Assembly: GCF_006345805.1 (NCBI RefSeq)
Contig: NC_043000.1
Location: 11,718,001 to 11,782,000 of the forward strand
Source: Octopus sinensis
Taxonomy: Eukaryota
DNA: 64,000 nucleotides
Direction of reading: 5' to 3'
This document shows, piece after piece, positions 63,551-64,000 of this stretch; positions within the stretch are counted from its first letter, which is position 1, and each line of letters begins with the position of its first letter. The notes under the pieces were generated by a model. The model searched no databases. It was not told where the DNA came from and was given only the letters and a program-made list of their open reading frames with translations. Both the position numbers and the translations under genes were made by a program.

Positions 63551-63915
63551 GCGAGCTGGCAGAATCGTTAGCACGCCGGTATTTCGTCTGCCGCTACGTT
63601 CTGAGTTCAAATTCCGCCAAGGCCGACTTTGCCTTTCATCCTTTCGGGGTCGATTAAATAAGTACCAGTTACGCACTGGGGTCGATATAATCGACTTAAT
63701 CCGTTTGTCTCTCCTTGTTTGTTCCTTGTGTTTAGCCCCTTGTGGGTAGTAAAGAAATAGGTATTTCGTCTGCTACTACGTTCTGAGTTCAAATTCCGCC
63801 GAGGTCTTAAATAAGTACCAGTTACGCACTGGAGTAGATGTAATCGACTTAATCCGTTTGTCTGTCCTTGTTTGTCCTCTCTCTGTGTAGCCCCTTGTGG
63901 GCAGTAAAGAAATAA
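63551..63915 (+). mobile_element. SINE C dimer
   Basis: Junction AAGAAATAG|GTATTTCGTCTG at 63760/63761. Confidence 0.9.
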
Positions 63916-64000
63916 GGAATAGCCTTTTTCACGCCTGACAGAGATACGTACGTACATACATACATACACACACACACATACTCCGGTCAATTCATACATA

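Overview
AT-rich, microsatellite-saturated animal genomic DNA, almost certainly intronic or intergenic. The SINE families resemble those of octopus/coleoid cephalopods (inference from recall, not a search). I recognise no host protein-coding exon; nearly all ORFs in the supplied track are translations of microsatellites or SINEs. The window is a mosaic of: (i) about 50 copies or fragments of several tRNA-derived SINE families, called A, B, B2, C and D here; (ii) decayed autonomous elements: a CR1/L2-group LINE, a Helitron helicase, Tc1 (DD34E), TRT-like and mariner transposases, and three Penelope-like (Naiad-type) fragments; (iii) non-autonomous Helitrons and TIR MITEs (Merlin-, piggyBac- and hAT-like); (iv) a 100-N assembly gap. 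The most notable signal, found by eye, is about 10 hammerhead-ribozyme (HHR) folds plus several half-motifs. They sit in short elements embedded in (TA)n tracts and at the 3' end of a GIY-YIG Penelope-like element. Two unrelated copies carry the compensatory U3-A8 core pair, and one has type III topology. A second notable signal is a recurrent, precise tail-to-internal junction in SINE C that yields head-less tandem multimers. All alignments and folds were done by eye; boundaries of decayed copies are approximate (about +/-10-20 nt).
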